In this document: positions 41,914-52,121 of the stretch, piece by piece
How positions within the stretch are numbered: position 1 is the first letter of the stretch
Layout of the letters: the number at the start of each line of letters is the position of its first letter
Assembly: GCF_004299445.1 (NCBI RefSeq)
Contig: NZ_SCTC01000057.1
Location: 28,798-92,797, forward strand
Source: Phenylobacterium sp.
Lineage (GTDB): Bacteria; Pseudomonadota; Alphaproteobacteria; Caulobacterales; Caulobacteraceae
Direction of reading: 5' to 3'
DNA length: 64,000 nt
Program-made: the position numbers and the translations under genes
The notes under the pieces: generated by a model
Told to the model about the DNA's origin: nothing
Databases searched by the model: none
Seen by the model: the letters and a program-made list of their open reading frames with translations, nothing else

Positions 41914-44124
41914 GTGGATCCGCTAGCCGCAATCCGGGAAACATTCTTCCAGGAATGTGAGGAACAGCTCGCCGAGCTGGAATCCGGCCTGCTCGCCATG
42001 GAAGGCGGGGATCAGGATCCCGAGACCATCAACGCGGTCTTCCGCGCGGTCCACTCGATCAAGGGCGGCGCTGGCGCCTTCCAGCTGGAAGCGCTGATCC
42101 GCTTCGCGCACGTCTTCGAGACCGCCTTGGACGAGATGCGCTCAGGTCGGGTGCCGATCACGCCCGATGTCCTGAAGACCATGCTTCGGGCCGCCGACGT
42201 GCTGGCCGATCTGGTGCGCGCGGCGCACGACGGGTCGGAAACAGAACATCCCCTCGCCTCTGGCCTTGTGGACGAACTGAAGGCCATGAGCGGCCAGGCC
42301 GCCGACGAGGACGAGGCGGAAGAGGACTGGGGCGACTTCGAATTCCAGCCGATGGCCGCGGCCGTCGACATGCCCGAGGCCCCTGCGGGTCCGGCTGGCT
42401 TCGTGGTGAAGTTCAAGCCGCGCGGCGACCTTTACGCCAAGGCCAACGAGGCGGCCCTGCTGCTGCGCGAGCTCGCGCGCCTGGGCCAGACCGTGGTGGA
42501 GCTGGACGCCCACGAGGTGCCGCCCCTGACCGAAATCGACCCCGAAGCGGCCTATCTCGCCTGGACCATCACCATCTCCGGCGACACCGACGAAATCGCG
42601 ATCCGCGAAGTCTTCGAATGGGTCGATGGGGACTGCGAACTCGAGATCACGAAGCAGGGCCCGGCGGATGGCGGCTTCGACATGGCCTCGCTGCTGGCCC
42701 GCGTACAGGACGAAGCGCCCGCCGAAGACGAGGGTCCCGCCGTCGTCCCCGCCAACGCCGGCGAGGTCGATGTCGCCTCGCTGATCGCCAACCTGTCACC
42801 GGCCGCCGCGCCGGAGCCCGAACCCGCGCCCGCAATAGCCCCGCCCACCCTTTCGGTCGTGGCGAGCGCGCCCGCCCCAGCCGCTCCGGACGCCGCGCCC
42901 GAGGCGCAGGCCGCCGGCGGCCCTCGCAAGAGCGAGGCCGGCGCGACCATCCGCGTGGACCTCGACCGCGTCGATCGTCTGATCGACCTGGTCGGCGAGC
43001 TGGTCATCAACCAGGCGGTTCTGGCCCAGCGCGTGATGGAGGCGGGCCTGGCCCGCGCCAGCGCCGTCGCCATGGGCCTGGACGAACTGGAGCAGCTGAC
43101 CCGGGAGATCCAGGACAGCGTGATGGCCATCCGCGCCCAGCCGGTGAAGTCGGTGTTCCAGCGAATGCCGCGACTTGTGCGCGAAGTGGCCGCCATGACC
43201 GGCAAGCCGGTCCGCCTGGTCACCGAAGGCGAAGGCACCGAGGTCGACAAGACCGTCATCGAGCGCCTGGCCGATCCGCTGACGCACATGATCCGCAACG
43301 CTATCGACCACGGACTGGAAAGCCCCGAGAAGCGCGCGGCCGCCGGCAAGCCCGCCGAAGGCGTGGTCAAGCTGGCCGCGTTCCATCGCTCGGGCCGCAT
43401 CGTGATCGAGGTCTCGGACGACGGGGGCGGCATCAACCGCGAACGCGTCAAGGGCATCGCCATCGAGAAGGGCCTGGTCGCAGCAGAGGCCACCCTGTCG
43501 GACGAAGAGATCGACAATCTGATCTTCATGCCCGGCTTCTCCACGGCCGCCGAGGTGTCGGACATCTCGGGCCGCGGCGTGGGCATGGACGTTGTCCGCC
43601 GCTCGATCCAGGCGCTGGGCGGCCGGATCAACATCGTCTCCAAGCCCGGCAAGGGCTCCACCTTCACCATGAGCCTTCCGCTGACCCTCGCGGTCCTGGA
43701 CGGCATGGTGGTTTCGGCCCACGGCCAGACCCTCGTCGCCCCGATCACCGCGATCGTCGAGACGCTGCAGCCCAAGGCCGAAGACGTCCACAGCCTGGGC
43801 GGCCACGCCCGGGTGATCTCGATCCGCGGCGGCTTCGTCCCTCTGATCGATGTGGGCATGGCGCTGGGTTACCGGCGCGATCCGCTCGAAGCGACCCAGG
43901 GCGTCGCGCTGCTGATCGAAGGCGAAGGCGGGTCCCGCGCGGCCCTGCTCGTCGACGCGATCCAGGGCCAGCGCCAGGTGGTCATCAAGTCTCTGGAAGC
44001 GAACTACCGGCAGGTGCCGGGCGTCGCCGCCGCCACCATCCTGGGCGACGGCCGCGTGGCCCTCATCCTCGACATCGACACCATCGTCACCGTTTCCCGC
44101 GGCGACATGCGCAAGGCATCGTGA
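41914..44124 (+). CDS. cheA: chemotaxis histidine kinase CheA
   Basis: Hpt [51 protein letters not shown]-terminal CheW-like P5 domain. Confidence 0.98.
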   Translation: MDPLAAIRETFFQECEEQLAELESGLLAMEGGDQDPETINAVFRAVHSIKGGAGAFQLEALIRFAHVFETALDEMRSGRVPITPDVLKTMLRAADVLADLVRAAHDGSETEHPLASGLVDELKAMSGQAADEDEAEEDWGDFEFQPMAAAVDMPEAPAGPAGFVVKFKPRGDLYAKANEAALLLRELARLGQTVVELDAHEVPPLTEIDPEAAYLAWTITISGDTDEIAIREVFEWVDGDCELEITKQGPADGGFDMASLLARVQDEAPAEDEGPAVVPANAGEVDVASLIANLSPAAAPEPEPAPAIAPPTLSVVASAPAPAAPDAAPEAQAAGGPRKSEAGATIRVDLDRVDRLIDLVGELVINQAVLAQRVMEAGLARASAVAMGLDELEQLTREIQDSVMAIRAQPVKSVFQRMPRLVREVAAMTGKPVRLVTEGEGTEVDKTVIERLADPLTHMIRNAIDHGLESPEKRAAAGKPAEGVVKLAAFHRSGRIVIEVSDDGGGINRERVKGIAIEKGLVAAEATLSDEEIDNLIFMPGFSTAAEVSDISGRGVGMDVVRRSIQALGGRINIVSKPGKGSTFTMSLPLTLAVLDGMVVSAHGQTLVAPITAIVETLQPKAEDVHSLGGHARVISIRGGFVPLIDVGMALGYRRDPLEATQGVALLIEGEGGSRAALLVDAIQGQRQVVIKSLEANYRQVPGVAAATILGDGRVALILDIDTIVTVSRGDMRKAS

Positions 44125-44126
44125 TC

Positions 44127-44609
44127 ATGAACCAGATCCTCACCTCAAACGGCCAGGCTCAGGCTGGCGGCATGAAAGAGCTGATCTCCTTCCGGATCGG
44201 CGCGCAGGAGTTCTGCGTCGACATCATGGCCATCCGCGAGATCCGCGGTTGGACCGCCGCCACCGCGCTCCCACAATCCCCGTCCTTCGTGAAGGGCGTG
44301 ATCAACCTGCGCGGCGCTGTGCTGCCCATCGTCGACCTGGCCTCGCGCCTGGGCTTCGAGAGCACCGAAGCGAGCGACCGCAACGTCATCATCGTCGCCC
44401 AGATCGGCGAACAGGTCGTGGGCCTGCTGGTCGACGCGGTGAGCGACATCCTGACGGTCACCGACGACGTGATCCAGCCCACGCCGGACGTGGCGTCCGA
44501 AACGGCGAAGTCGTTCATCCGCGGCCTGATCGCGATGGACGGCCGCATGATCAGCCTGATCGGCCTCGACCGCGTCCTGCCCGAAAACGTGGAACTCGAA
44601 GCCGCCTGA
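44127..44609 (+). CDS. cheW: purine-binding chemotaxis protein CheW
   Basis: [27 protein letters not shown]. Only the last ~160 aa of ORF 42618..44609. Confidence 0.95.
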   Translation: MNQILTSNGQAQAGGMKELISFRIGAQEFCVDIMAIREIRGWTAATALPQSPSFVKGVINLRGAVLPIVDLASRLGFESTEASDRNVIIVAQIGEQVVGLLVDAVSDILTVTDDVIQPTPDVASETAKSFIRGLIAMDGRMISLIGLDRVLPENVELEAA

Positions 44610-44610
44610 C

Positions 44611-45495
44611 ATGACCGTGTCCGCGACGACATCTACGCGCCAGGGCGCCAATATGGTCGACGGCGAGTTCGCCTTCACCGAAGCCGATTTCCGCAAGATC
44701 TCGGCGATGGTCCATGGCGACGCCGGCATTTCCCTGCCCGAGGCCAAGGCGACGCTCGTCTACTCGCGCCTGGCCAAGCGCCTGCGCGCCCTCGGCCTGA
44801 CCAGCTTCAAGGACTATTGCGAGCTGGTCGCCGACGGCAACGGCGTGGACGAGCGCCAGAAGATGCTGGCGGCCCTTACGACGAACGTGACCCGGTTCTT
44901 CCGCGAGCCGCACCACTTCGATCATCTGAAGGAAAAGGTGCTTCCGCCGCTGCTCGACGCGGCGCGACGCGGCGGTAAGGTGAGGATCTGGTCCGCGGCC
45001 TGCTCCAGCGGACAGGAGCCCTTTTCGATCGCGATGACCATCCTATCGGTGATGCCCGAGGCCGTCGACAAGGACGTCAAGATCCTGGCGACCGACATCG
45101 ATCCGAACATGGTCGCCGAAGGACGCAGCGGGACGTACGCGCCGCACCTGCTCGAGGGCATTCCCGACGCGTTCCGCAAACGCTGGACCTCCAGCGCCGG
45201 TGACGGCCGGGTGCGCATGAGCGACGACCTGCGCTCGATGATCACCTTCAACGAACTGAACCTGATCGGCGACTGGCCCATGAAGGGCAAGTTCGACGCC
45301 ATCTTCTGCCGCAACGTCGCAATCTACTTCGAAGACGACACCCAGGCCCGCCTGTGGAGCCGCTTCGCCCCTCTCAACCAGGTGAACGGCGCCCTTTACA
45401 TCGGCCATTCCGAACGGATCCAGGGCCCCGCCGTCACGGCCTATAAGCCCGACGGCGTCACCACCTATCGCCGCGTCCAGGAGGGCGCCCGATGA
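44611..45495 (+). CDS. cheR: chemotaxis methyltransferase CheR
   Basis: [41 protein letters not shown]. Confidence 0.96.
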   Translation: MTVSATTSTRQGANMVDGEFAFTEADFRKISAMVHGDAGISLPEAKATLVYSRLAKRLRALGLTSFKDYCELVADGNGVDERQKMLAALTTNVTRFFREPHHFDHLKEKVLPPLLDAARRGGKVRIWSAACSSGQEPFSIAMTILSVMPEAVDKDVKILATDIDPNMVAEGRSGTYAPHLLEGIPDAFRKRWTSSAGDGRVRMSDDLRSMITFNELNLIGDWPMKGKFDAIFCRNVAIYFEDDTQARLWSRFAPLNQVNGALYIGHSERIQGPAVTAYKPDGVTTYRRVQEGAR

Positions 45496-46514
45496 ACACC
45501 CGTGTACTCGTTGTCGACGACTCGACCGTCATGCGCCAGCTGATCGGCGCGGCCCTTTCCGCTGACCCTGAGCTGGAGGTCGTGGGCGAGGCCGGCGATC
45601 CGCTGCAGGCGCGCGAAGCCATCAAGCTGCTGAACCCCGACGTCATCACTCTGGATGTCGAGATGCCGAACATGAACGGCATCGACTTCCTCGAGCGGAT
45701 CATGCGCCTGCGGCCGATGCCGGTGGTGATGGTCTCGACCCTGACCGCCCGGGGCACCGACGCCACGCTCGCCGCTCTCGAGTTGGGGGCCGTGGACTGC
45801 ATCGAGAAGCCGCGCGGCTCCGACGCCGAAGGTTTCCGGCAGATCGCCGAAAAGGTGAAGATGGCCGCCAAGGCCAGGGTCCGCCAGCGCATCAAGCGCG
45901 AAGAGCCCCACACCACCGACGACTTCACTCCGAACGACAAGATCGTGGCGATCGGATCGTCGACCGGCGGCGTCGAGGCGCTTCTCACGATGATCGAGCG
46001 GCTGCCCGCCAACTGCGCGCCGACGGTGATCACCCAACATATGCCGGCCAGCTTCACCAAGAGCTTCGCCGAGCGCCTGAACCGCGCCAGCGCGGCCACG
46101 GTCTCGGAAGCCCGCGACGGCGATCCGCTGGTCCCCGGCCGCGTCTATGTCGCGCCCGGCGGCGACTTCCACCTGGAAGTCGAGGGTACGAAGCACCTGC
46201 GGTGCAGGGTCACCCGGGGCGCCCCGGTCAGCGGCCACTGCCCCTCGGTCGACGTGCTGTTCAATTCCGTCGCGAAGTGCGCGAAGGACCGAAGCGTCGG
46301 CGTCATCCTGACCGGCATGGGTCGGGACGGCGCCAACGGCCTGCTCGCGATCCGCCAGGCCGGCGGTCGCACCCTCGGGCAGGACGAAGCCACCTGCGTT
46401 GTCTACGGCATGCCCCGCGCCGCCCACGAATTGGGCGCGGTGGAACGCCAACTCCCCCTGGAGCGGCTGGGCCCGGCCGTTCGAAACCTGACCAACAAGG
46501 AAATGGAACGCTGA
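45492..46514 (+). CDS. cheB: chemotaxis methylesterase CheB
   Basis: REC domain followed by GSSTGG, QHMP and LTGMGRDGA catalytic motifs. Confidence 0.97.
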   Translation: MNTRVLVVDDSTVMRQLIGAALSADPELEVVGEAGDPLQAREAIKLLNPDVITLDVEMPNMNGIDFLERIMRLRPMPVVMVSTLTARGTDATLAALELGAVDCIEKPRGSDAEGFRQIAEKVKMAAKARVRQRIKREEPHTTDDFTPNDKIVAIGSSTGGVEALLTMIERLPANCAPTVITQHMPASFTKSFAERLNRASAATVSEARDGDPLVPGRVYVAPGGDFHLEVEGTKHLRCRVTRGAPVSGHCPSVDVLFNSVAKCAKDRSVGVILTGMGRDGANGLLAIRQAGGRTLGQDEATCVVYGMPRAAHELGAVERQLPLERLGPAVRNLTNKEMER

Positions 46515-46515
46515 G

Positions 46516-46905
46516 ATGCCGGCGAGCTCTTCCCTCACCTGTCTAATCGTCGACGACCAGCAAACCATGCGTTCGCTGGTTCGCACAGGCCTGCAACAGC
46601 TCGGCTTCCGGACCATTTATGAGGCTCCGGATGGCGAGGAAGGCCTGCGCCAGATGCTGGCGCGGCCGATTCACCTCGTCATCTCCGACTACAATATGCC
46701 CAAGCTGGACGGCCTGGGGCTGCTGCGAGCCATTCGCTCGCATCCGCCGATCCAGAAGACGGCGTTCATCATGCTCACCGGCCGAGCCGACAAGGAGCTG
46801 GTGCAGCGGGCGGTGCAGTTCGGGGTCAACAACTACCTCGTGAAGCCGTTCACCGTGGGCACCCTCAAGGAAAAGATCGAAGCGATCTTCGGCGTCCTCG
46901 CGTGA
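46516..46905 (+). CDS. cheY: response regulator CheY (CheYII)
   Basis: VDDQ, ISDYNMP, MLTG, YLVKPF. Confidence 0.92.
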   Translation: MPASSSLTCLIVDDQQTMRSLVRTGLQQLGFRTIYEAPDGEEGLRQMLARPIHLVISDYNMPKLDGLGLLRAIRSHPPIQKTAFIMLTGRADKELVQRAVQFGVNNYLVKPFTVGTLKEKIEAIFGVLA

Positions 46906-47465
46906 GCTTCACTTCGCACGCCCAAGACCCCGCACACGACGCGGAGCTGCGCAAGATCCACGTGATCCAGGGGCAGTTCCATGTCGCAGACGGCGACGAT
47001 GTGGTCCTGACCACGATCCTCGGGTCGTGCGTGGCTGCGTGCATCCGCGACACGGCGCTGGGGATCGGAGGGATGAACCACTTCCTCCTGCCCGGCTCCA
47101 CGGGCGACGAAGGCTTGCGTTACGGCGTGCAGTCCATGGAACTCCTGCTCAACGCGCTGCTGCGCAAGGGCGCGCGGCGGGAACGGATGGAAGTCAAGCT
47201 GTTCGGCGGGGCTCACCTGTTCGATGGCCTGTCGGATGTGGGCGCTCAAAATTCGGCGTTCGCCGAGCAGTTCGTGCGTGACGAAGGACTCAACTACCTG
47301 GGCGGCTCGCTGCGCGGTGATCGCGCGCGCCGGATCCAGTACTGGCCGGTCAGCGGCCGCGCCCGCCAAATTCTACTCGCCCCCACGGAGTCCAAGGTCT
47401 TCGCGACCGAGCGTCGCCAGCCCATCGCGAAGGTGGAAGACACCGGCGCTCTGGAGCTCTTCTGA
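46902..47465 (+). CDS. cheD: chemoreceptor glutamine deamidase CheD
   Basis: TILGSCVAAC, GGMNHFLLP, KLFGGA. Confidence 0.93.
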   Translation: MSFTSHAQDPAHDAELRKIHVIQGQFHVADGDDVVLTTILGSCVAACIRDTALGIGGMNHFLLPGSTGDEGLRYGVQSMELLLNALLRKGARRERMEVKLFGGAHLFDGLSDVGAQNSAFAEQFVRDEGLNYLGGSLRGDRARRIQYWPVSGRARQILLAPTESKVFATERRQPIAKVEDTGALELF

Positions 47466-47827
47466 TGAGCGGGCGAGCCGCCCTGCCCTGCCTGCGCGAG
47501 TCCCTGGACCTCGTAGCCCAGGAGGCCAGCGATCTGGTGAACTTGGGCGACCAGATCCAGGGCGTGATCTCGCGGCTCGTCAGCGCGGCGCTGCCCAGCG
47601 ATCCCAGCCTGCTGATCGACGCTCAGGCGGCCGATCTGCTCAGTCAACGCCTGTCGGGCCTCGCGAATTTCGTGGGCGCCCTGGCCGAAGCCGCGCCGGC
47701 CGGCCTCGCAGCGGACATCGAGGCTGCGATCCGCACCCTGACCCTCGCCGAACAGGCGCGTCGCCTGTCGGGCCCCACCATGAGCCCCGCCCCGGAGACG
47801 GGCGAGATGATGACCTTCTGGGACTAA
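47465..47827 (+). CDS. cheU: small helical chemotaxis-operon protein (CheU-like)
   Basis: TGATG-coupled to cheD; same position as Caulobacter cheU. Named by synteny only. Confidence 0.6.
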   Translation: MSGRAALPCLRESLDLVAQEASDLVNLGDQIQGVISRLVSAALPSDPSLLIDAQAADLLSQRLSGLANFVGALAEAAPAGLAADIEAAIRTLTLAEQARRLSGPTMSPAPETGEMMTFWD

Positions 47828-47831
47828 CGTC

Positions 47832-48431
47832 TTGAGCCTGCCCTATACCAAAACAGAACGGGTCAACCTCTCGACCGCAGAGGTGATGCTGGCCTGCGGC
47901 GATCCTGAGGGGCTCAATATTCTGGCCGAGATGTTCGCGGGCTTCGGCGTGCACACACCACGCCGCTGTCTGACCGGCGCAGAGGCCCGCACGTCGATCA
48001 ATGAGCGGATCCTGAACCTGATCGTGGTCGACAGCGCTCTGCAGGACCAGACCGGCTATGACTTCATCCATTGGCTGCGCCGCTGCGACGTCGCGCCAAA
48101 CTGCTACGCGCCGGTGATCCTGCTCACCGGTCACACCAAGCCGTCGCAGATCTTCAAGGGTCGCGACGCCGGCGCCAGCTTCGTGGTGCGCAAGCCGGTC
48201 GCGCCGATGGTGATGATGCAGCGGATTCTATGGCTGCTGAACGACCAACGCAAATTCGTAACCTCGCCCGGCTACTGTGGTCCGGATCGCCGCGTGAAGG
48301 CGCTGGGTCCGCCCGTCGGCATGAAGGGTCGCCGACATGACGACCTGTCAGCAGAAGTCGGGGCCGCCTCCACGCCAAACCTCGGACAGGACGAAATCGA
48401 CGCCCTGTTCAAGCCGAAAGCCGTCATTTGA
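47832..48431 (+). CDS. cleA: CheY-like c-di-GMP effector (CleA/CheYIII-like)
   Basis: REC domain with a C-terminal arginine-rich motif YCGPDRR...GRR matching the Cle [YF]xGP[DE]RR signature; operon position matches. Confidence 0.8.
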   Translation: MSLPYTKTERVNLSTAEVMLACGDPEGLNILAEMFAGFGVHTPRRCLTGAEARTSINERILNLIVVDSALQDQTGYDFIHWLRRCDVAPNCYAPVILLTGHTKPSQIFKGRDAGASFVVRKPVAPMVMMQRILWLLNDQRKFVTSPGYCGPDRRVKALGPPVGMKGRRHDDLSAEVGAASTPNLGQDEIDALFKPKAVI

Positions 48432-48904
48432 TGTCCACCGCCCGCATCTTCACCGTCGAGAACCAGCTGGCCAAGCTCGCCGACAGGCCCGGCGGCAAGA
48501 CCGTGGCAGAGCACGTCCGGGCCGCCGAGATTCGCGTCCAGGGCGTTCGCGACGTCACGCTGGCGTCTCTCGTGGAGAAGGCAGAGGCTATGGCGGCGGC
48601 CGTCAGCGCGGGCAAGAACGGCAGCGACCCCAAGGCCTTCGACACCATCTACGACATTTCCAACGCGATCTTTGGCCTGGCGGGCACCTTCGGCCTGAAG
48701 GGGCTGGCCGAGGCCGCGTTCAGCCTGTGCGACCTGGCCGACAGCTTCCGCGGCGGCGAGTCGGTGAACTGGCCTTCGATTGATGTGCACGTGGACGGCA
48801 TCCGCCTTCTCGCCAGCCTGGGCGACAAGGCCGAAGCCGCCGGCGCCGATACGATCCTGGAAGGCCTGCGCCGCGTTCGCGCCCGGGTGCTTCCGAACGG
48901 CTGA
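48431..48904 (+). CDS. cheE: CheE-like helical protein, last gene of the che operon
   Basis: TGATG-coupled to cleA; helical bundle; synteny with Caulobacter cheE. Confidence 0.6.
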   Translation: MSTARIFTVENQLAKLADRPGGKTVAEHVRAAEIRVQGVRDVTLASLVEKAEAMAAAVSAGKNGSDPKAFDTIYDISNAIFGLAGTFGLKGLAEAAFSLCDLADSFRGGESVNWPSIDVHVDGIRLLASLGDKAEAAGADTILEGLRRVRARVLPNG

Positions 48905-48949
48905 CGCCCCGCCGGCGACGCCTAGCGTCCCGAAGACAGGGGCGGGCGC

Positions 48950-49303
48950 CTATTGCGGGCGTTGCGTTTCAGCGTCCCACGGCTCTTCGAGATCGGGCAA
49001 CGCATCGGCCGCGGCCTGGAGAGCCTCCTCCAACACCCCCATCAGAGCCATCTGAGCCGGCAGCAGCTGAAGCCGCGACCGTGCGTCCTCAAGCACCTCG
49101 ACCGTGCGGATCGCCGAGAACTCGTGGGCCCGCTCCAGCTCTTCATCCAGCGCCAGTTCCGTCGCCGCGCAATGAGCCGTCGACAGGGTCGCCACGGCGT
49201 GCAGCGCAGCCCGGCTCAGCGCCAGAGCAGCTTCGATGTCGGCGCTCATGGCGCAAACGGCGCGACGAAGGTCGTCATTCGTCGAGAGCATGGGGTGCGA
49301 CAC
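48950..49303 (-). CDS. hypothetical helical protein (117 aa)
   Basis: GAGGA RBS before GTG, protein-like composition, fills an otherwise empty gap. Confidence 0.55.
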   Translation of the reverse strand: MSHPMLSTNDDLRRAVCAMSADIEAALALSRAALHAVATLSTAHCAATELALDEELERAHEFSAIRTVEVLEDARSRLQLLPAQMALMGVLEEALQAAADALPDLEEPWDAETQRPQ

Positions 49304-49746
49304 GGGTGGTCCTCTTGGTCTTGCCCTCAGCGTTACGGCGCGACCGTTAACGCGTGGATACCACTGGACGTCGCCACCGTTGGTGGTGTTGCGGCGGGTT
49401 GTCGCACCGGTGCAAAAGTCAAGGGGTGAGATTCAGATTGAGGACCCGGCCGGAGCGGGGGGTGGCGCTCCAGCCGGGTCAACGTCGCATCCCGGCGATG
49501 GTGGCGCCGGGCGCGCCGAACTCGTACGCACAAGCAAACATGAGTTTGTTGCCTGGTCGTTAAGATCACCCCGATGATCCACTCAGGCGATTTCTAACGG
49601 CGTGCGCCAGATCGTCGCACTAGCGCCACAAAATCTACGGCGCCCGTGATGTTCGCCAGACAAGGCACGCGTTAATCCACACACATCCGCCGAGATGCGA
49701 AATCTCGGCGGTTTTCTACACCTGAAACCTCTCCAGATTCCCACAA

Positions 49747-49761
49747 TTAACCGCAGATTAG
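49747..49761. promoter_or_regulatory. CtrA-like box upstream of the hybrid kinase
   Basis: TTAA-CCGCAGA-TTAG matches 7 of 8 positions of TTAA-N7-TTAA. Confidence 0.45.
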
Positions 49762-49849
49762 GCCGCCCCACCCTATTTCTCATTTTGAGTAACTCGGTGA
49801 GGCATCAGGCGATGCGTGTCCCCTCTGGCGTCTGCGAAGTGACGGTTCG

Positions 49850-52090
49850 ATGACCGCCAGCCTCGCTGTGCGTCCAACAAGGGACGAGCGCGGAAGCTTC
49901 CAGGTTGTGCTGCGTCGGCGCGTGCGCGCGCACCGAACCCGGGTGGTCGAAGCCGGGTTGGTCGGCGTGTTGGCCTGGCTCGCCACTCAGAATAACTGGC
50001 TGGGCGTCTGGTACGCCGCCACCCTGGCCGCCGGGCTGATTGAGACGATCATCAGCCGCCGCGCCCTCGCCGCGCCGGATCCCTGGACCCACAGACGCTC
50101 AGCGTTCCTCGCACAGTGCGCAAGCGCCCTGATCTTCTCGAGTCTCGCCGCCGTTATCATCATGACCCCGACAGCGACCACACTGTCCGGGGCATGCTTC
50201 CTGTTGTGTGCGGTGTCGCTGGCGAATGCGCTCAAGTCGTCGGGTTCACGGCTGGCGATGTGGGCCCTCGTGCCGCCGCCGGCGATGGGCCTGATCGCCG
50301 CGCCGCTGTGGGTCGGGTTTGCGGGCGGGGCCGACGTGCCGCTGGGCGATACGCTGCTGATGGCGCTGGGCGGGGTGGGCTACACGATCTTCATTGTCCG
50401 CGCGACGATCACACTGGCCGCCGAGCGCAACGCCATGCGCGCGGCGATGCGCGAAGCCGAGGCTGACAAGCTACGTTGGCGCCAGGTGTTCCACCACAGC
50501 CCCATGGCGCGGGTGTGCTTCAACGCCGAGAATCTCTACGCCAGCCTTACGGCGGCGGCGCGTGGACGGACGAGACTCGGCGACGTGCTGCTGGAGCTCT
50601 ACCCCAGCCGGGCGTCGGTTTTCGACGCCGTCCAGATGGTCGAAGCCAACGCCGAGGCGCGGAGCCTCTTCGCGCGCTTCGGCGGCGCTGGCGGATTCGG
50701 GGAGGACTTCCTGCCCGCCTTCGCAGAGGCGATGAACGCCATCGACGCCGACGGCGCCATGCCGCCCTTCGAGACCACCATGGTGCTGGGTGATGGTTCG
50801 ACTCGCACCATCCGTGTTCACTACCGCGCCACAGCGAACGCGAACGGCGCACCGTGGAGCATGTGCCTGGCGGCCTATGACGACGTGACCGAGGCCCGGC
50901 GCGCGGTCCAGGTCCAGGAGGAGGCCCGTCTGGCCGCCGAGGCCGCCAATCGCACGAAGAGCGACTTCCTGGCCCGGATGAGCCACGAGATCCGCACGCC
51001 CTTGAACGGCGTGCTGGGCATGGCGCAGGCGATGGACCTCGAGCACCTGGAGCCGCGCCAACGTGAGCGCCTGAAGGTGATCCGAAACAGTGGCGGCGCC
51101 CTGCTGGAATTGCTGGACGACCTGCTGGACATCGCGCGCATCGACGCCGGGCGACTGACGCTTCGAATGGGCGAGTTCGACCTGCAGGCCGTGGTCCGCA
51201 GCGCCCATGACGCCTTCGCCGCTCAGGCGGCCGCAAAGGGCCTGTCGTTCCCGCTGGTATTGGACCCGGGCCTAGAAGGCCTGTGGCGCGGCGACGCCGG
51301 CCGCCTGCGCCAGATCCTCACCAACCTGATCTCGAACGGCGTCAAGTTCACCGAGTCCGGCGAAGTTTCGGTGCAGGTCGCGCTGACCGCCACCGGGGTG
51401 CGCATCGAGGTGGCCGACACCGGCATCGGCATCCCCCCCGACCGCATCGGCCGCCTGTTCGAGAAGTTCGTCCAGGCCGATGAGTCTTCCACCCGCCCCT
51501 ACGGCGGCACTGGCCTTGGACTGGCCATCTGCCAGGAGCTGTGCCGGGCGATGGACGGGGCGATCTCCGCCAGCAGCGCGCCGGGCGTGGGCAGCACCTT
51601 TGCGCTGGAGCTGCCGCTGGGCCGGGTCGACGATGGCGCGTCCGAGGATCGTCCCGCCCCGCTCACGGGCGCCCTCGCGTCGAGTGGCTTGCGCGTTCTG
51701 GCCGCCGAGGACAACGACGTGAACCGGATCGTTCTGAAAACGCTGCTGAGCCAGTTGGGGATCGAGGCGACCCTCGTCGAGAACGGCGCCGAAGCCGTAC
51801 GCGCGTGGGAGTCGGCGCATTGGGACATGATCCTTATGGACGTCCAGATGCCGGTCATGGACGGCCCCACCGCCACCATGACCATCCGCGCCCGCGAGAC
51901 TTTGATGAGCCGCCCGCGTACCCCGATCCTCGCGGTCACCGCCAACACCATGCCGCACCAGGTGGCGAGCTATCGGGCTGCGGGAATGGACGACGTCGTG
52001 GCCAAGCCGCTGAACGTGCGCGACCTGCTGGGCGCATTGATCGGCGCCGCATCAATGGAAGAGGCGATACCCGAGCGTATCGCCTCCTGA
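49850..52090 (+). CDS. membrane-bound hybrid sensor histidine kinase/response regulator
   Basis: About 6 N-terminal TMs, degenerate PAS-like region, H-box MSHEIRTPLN, NGVKFT, DTGIG, GGTGLGL, REC AEDN / LMDVQMP. Confidence 0.93.
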   Translation: MTASLAVRPTRDERGSFQVVLRRRVRAHRTRVVEAGLVGVLAWLATQNNWLGVWYAATLAAGLIETIISRRALAAPDPWTHRRSAFLAQCASALIFSSLAAVIIMTPTATTLSGACFLLCAVSLANALKSSGSRLAMWALVPPPAMGLIAAPLWVGFAGGADVPLGDTLLMALGGVGYTIFIVRATITLAAERNAMRAAMREAEADKLRWRQVFHHSPMARVCFNAENLYASLTAAARGRTRLGDVLLELYPSRASVFDAVQMVEANAEARSLFARFGGAGGFGEDFLPAFAEAMNAIDADGAMPPFETTMVLGDGSTRTIRVHYRATANANGAPWSMCLAAYDDVTEARRAVQVQEEARLAAEAANRTKSDFLARMSHEIRTPLNGVLGMAQAMDLEHLEPRQRERLKVIRNSGGALLELLDDLLDIARIDAGRLTLRMGEFDLQAVVRSAHDAFAAQAAAKGLSFPLVLDPGLEGLWRGDAGRLRQILTNLISNGVKFTESGEVSVQVALTATGVRIEVADTGIGIPPDRIGRLFEKFVQADESSTRPYGGTGLGLAICQELCRAMDGAISASSAPGVGSTFALELPLGRVDDGASEDRPAPLTGALASSGLRVLAAEDNDVNRIVLKTLLSQLGIEATLVENGAEAVRAWESAHWDMILMDVQMPVMDGPTATMTIRARETLMSRPRTPILAVTANTMPHQVASYRAAGMDDVVAKPLNVRDLLGALIGAASMEEAIPERIAS

Positions 52091-52121
52091 ACGCAGGACT
52101 GCTCGGCCCCTTCGCCTCAAG

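Noticed and set aside
42618-44126. Apparent 500-aa N-terminal extension on CheW
   Set aside because: It is an alternative frame overlapping the intact cheA. CheW starts at 44127 (or GTG 44121). There is no evidence of a frameshift fusion.
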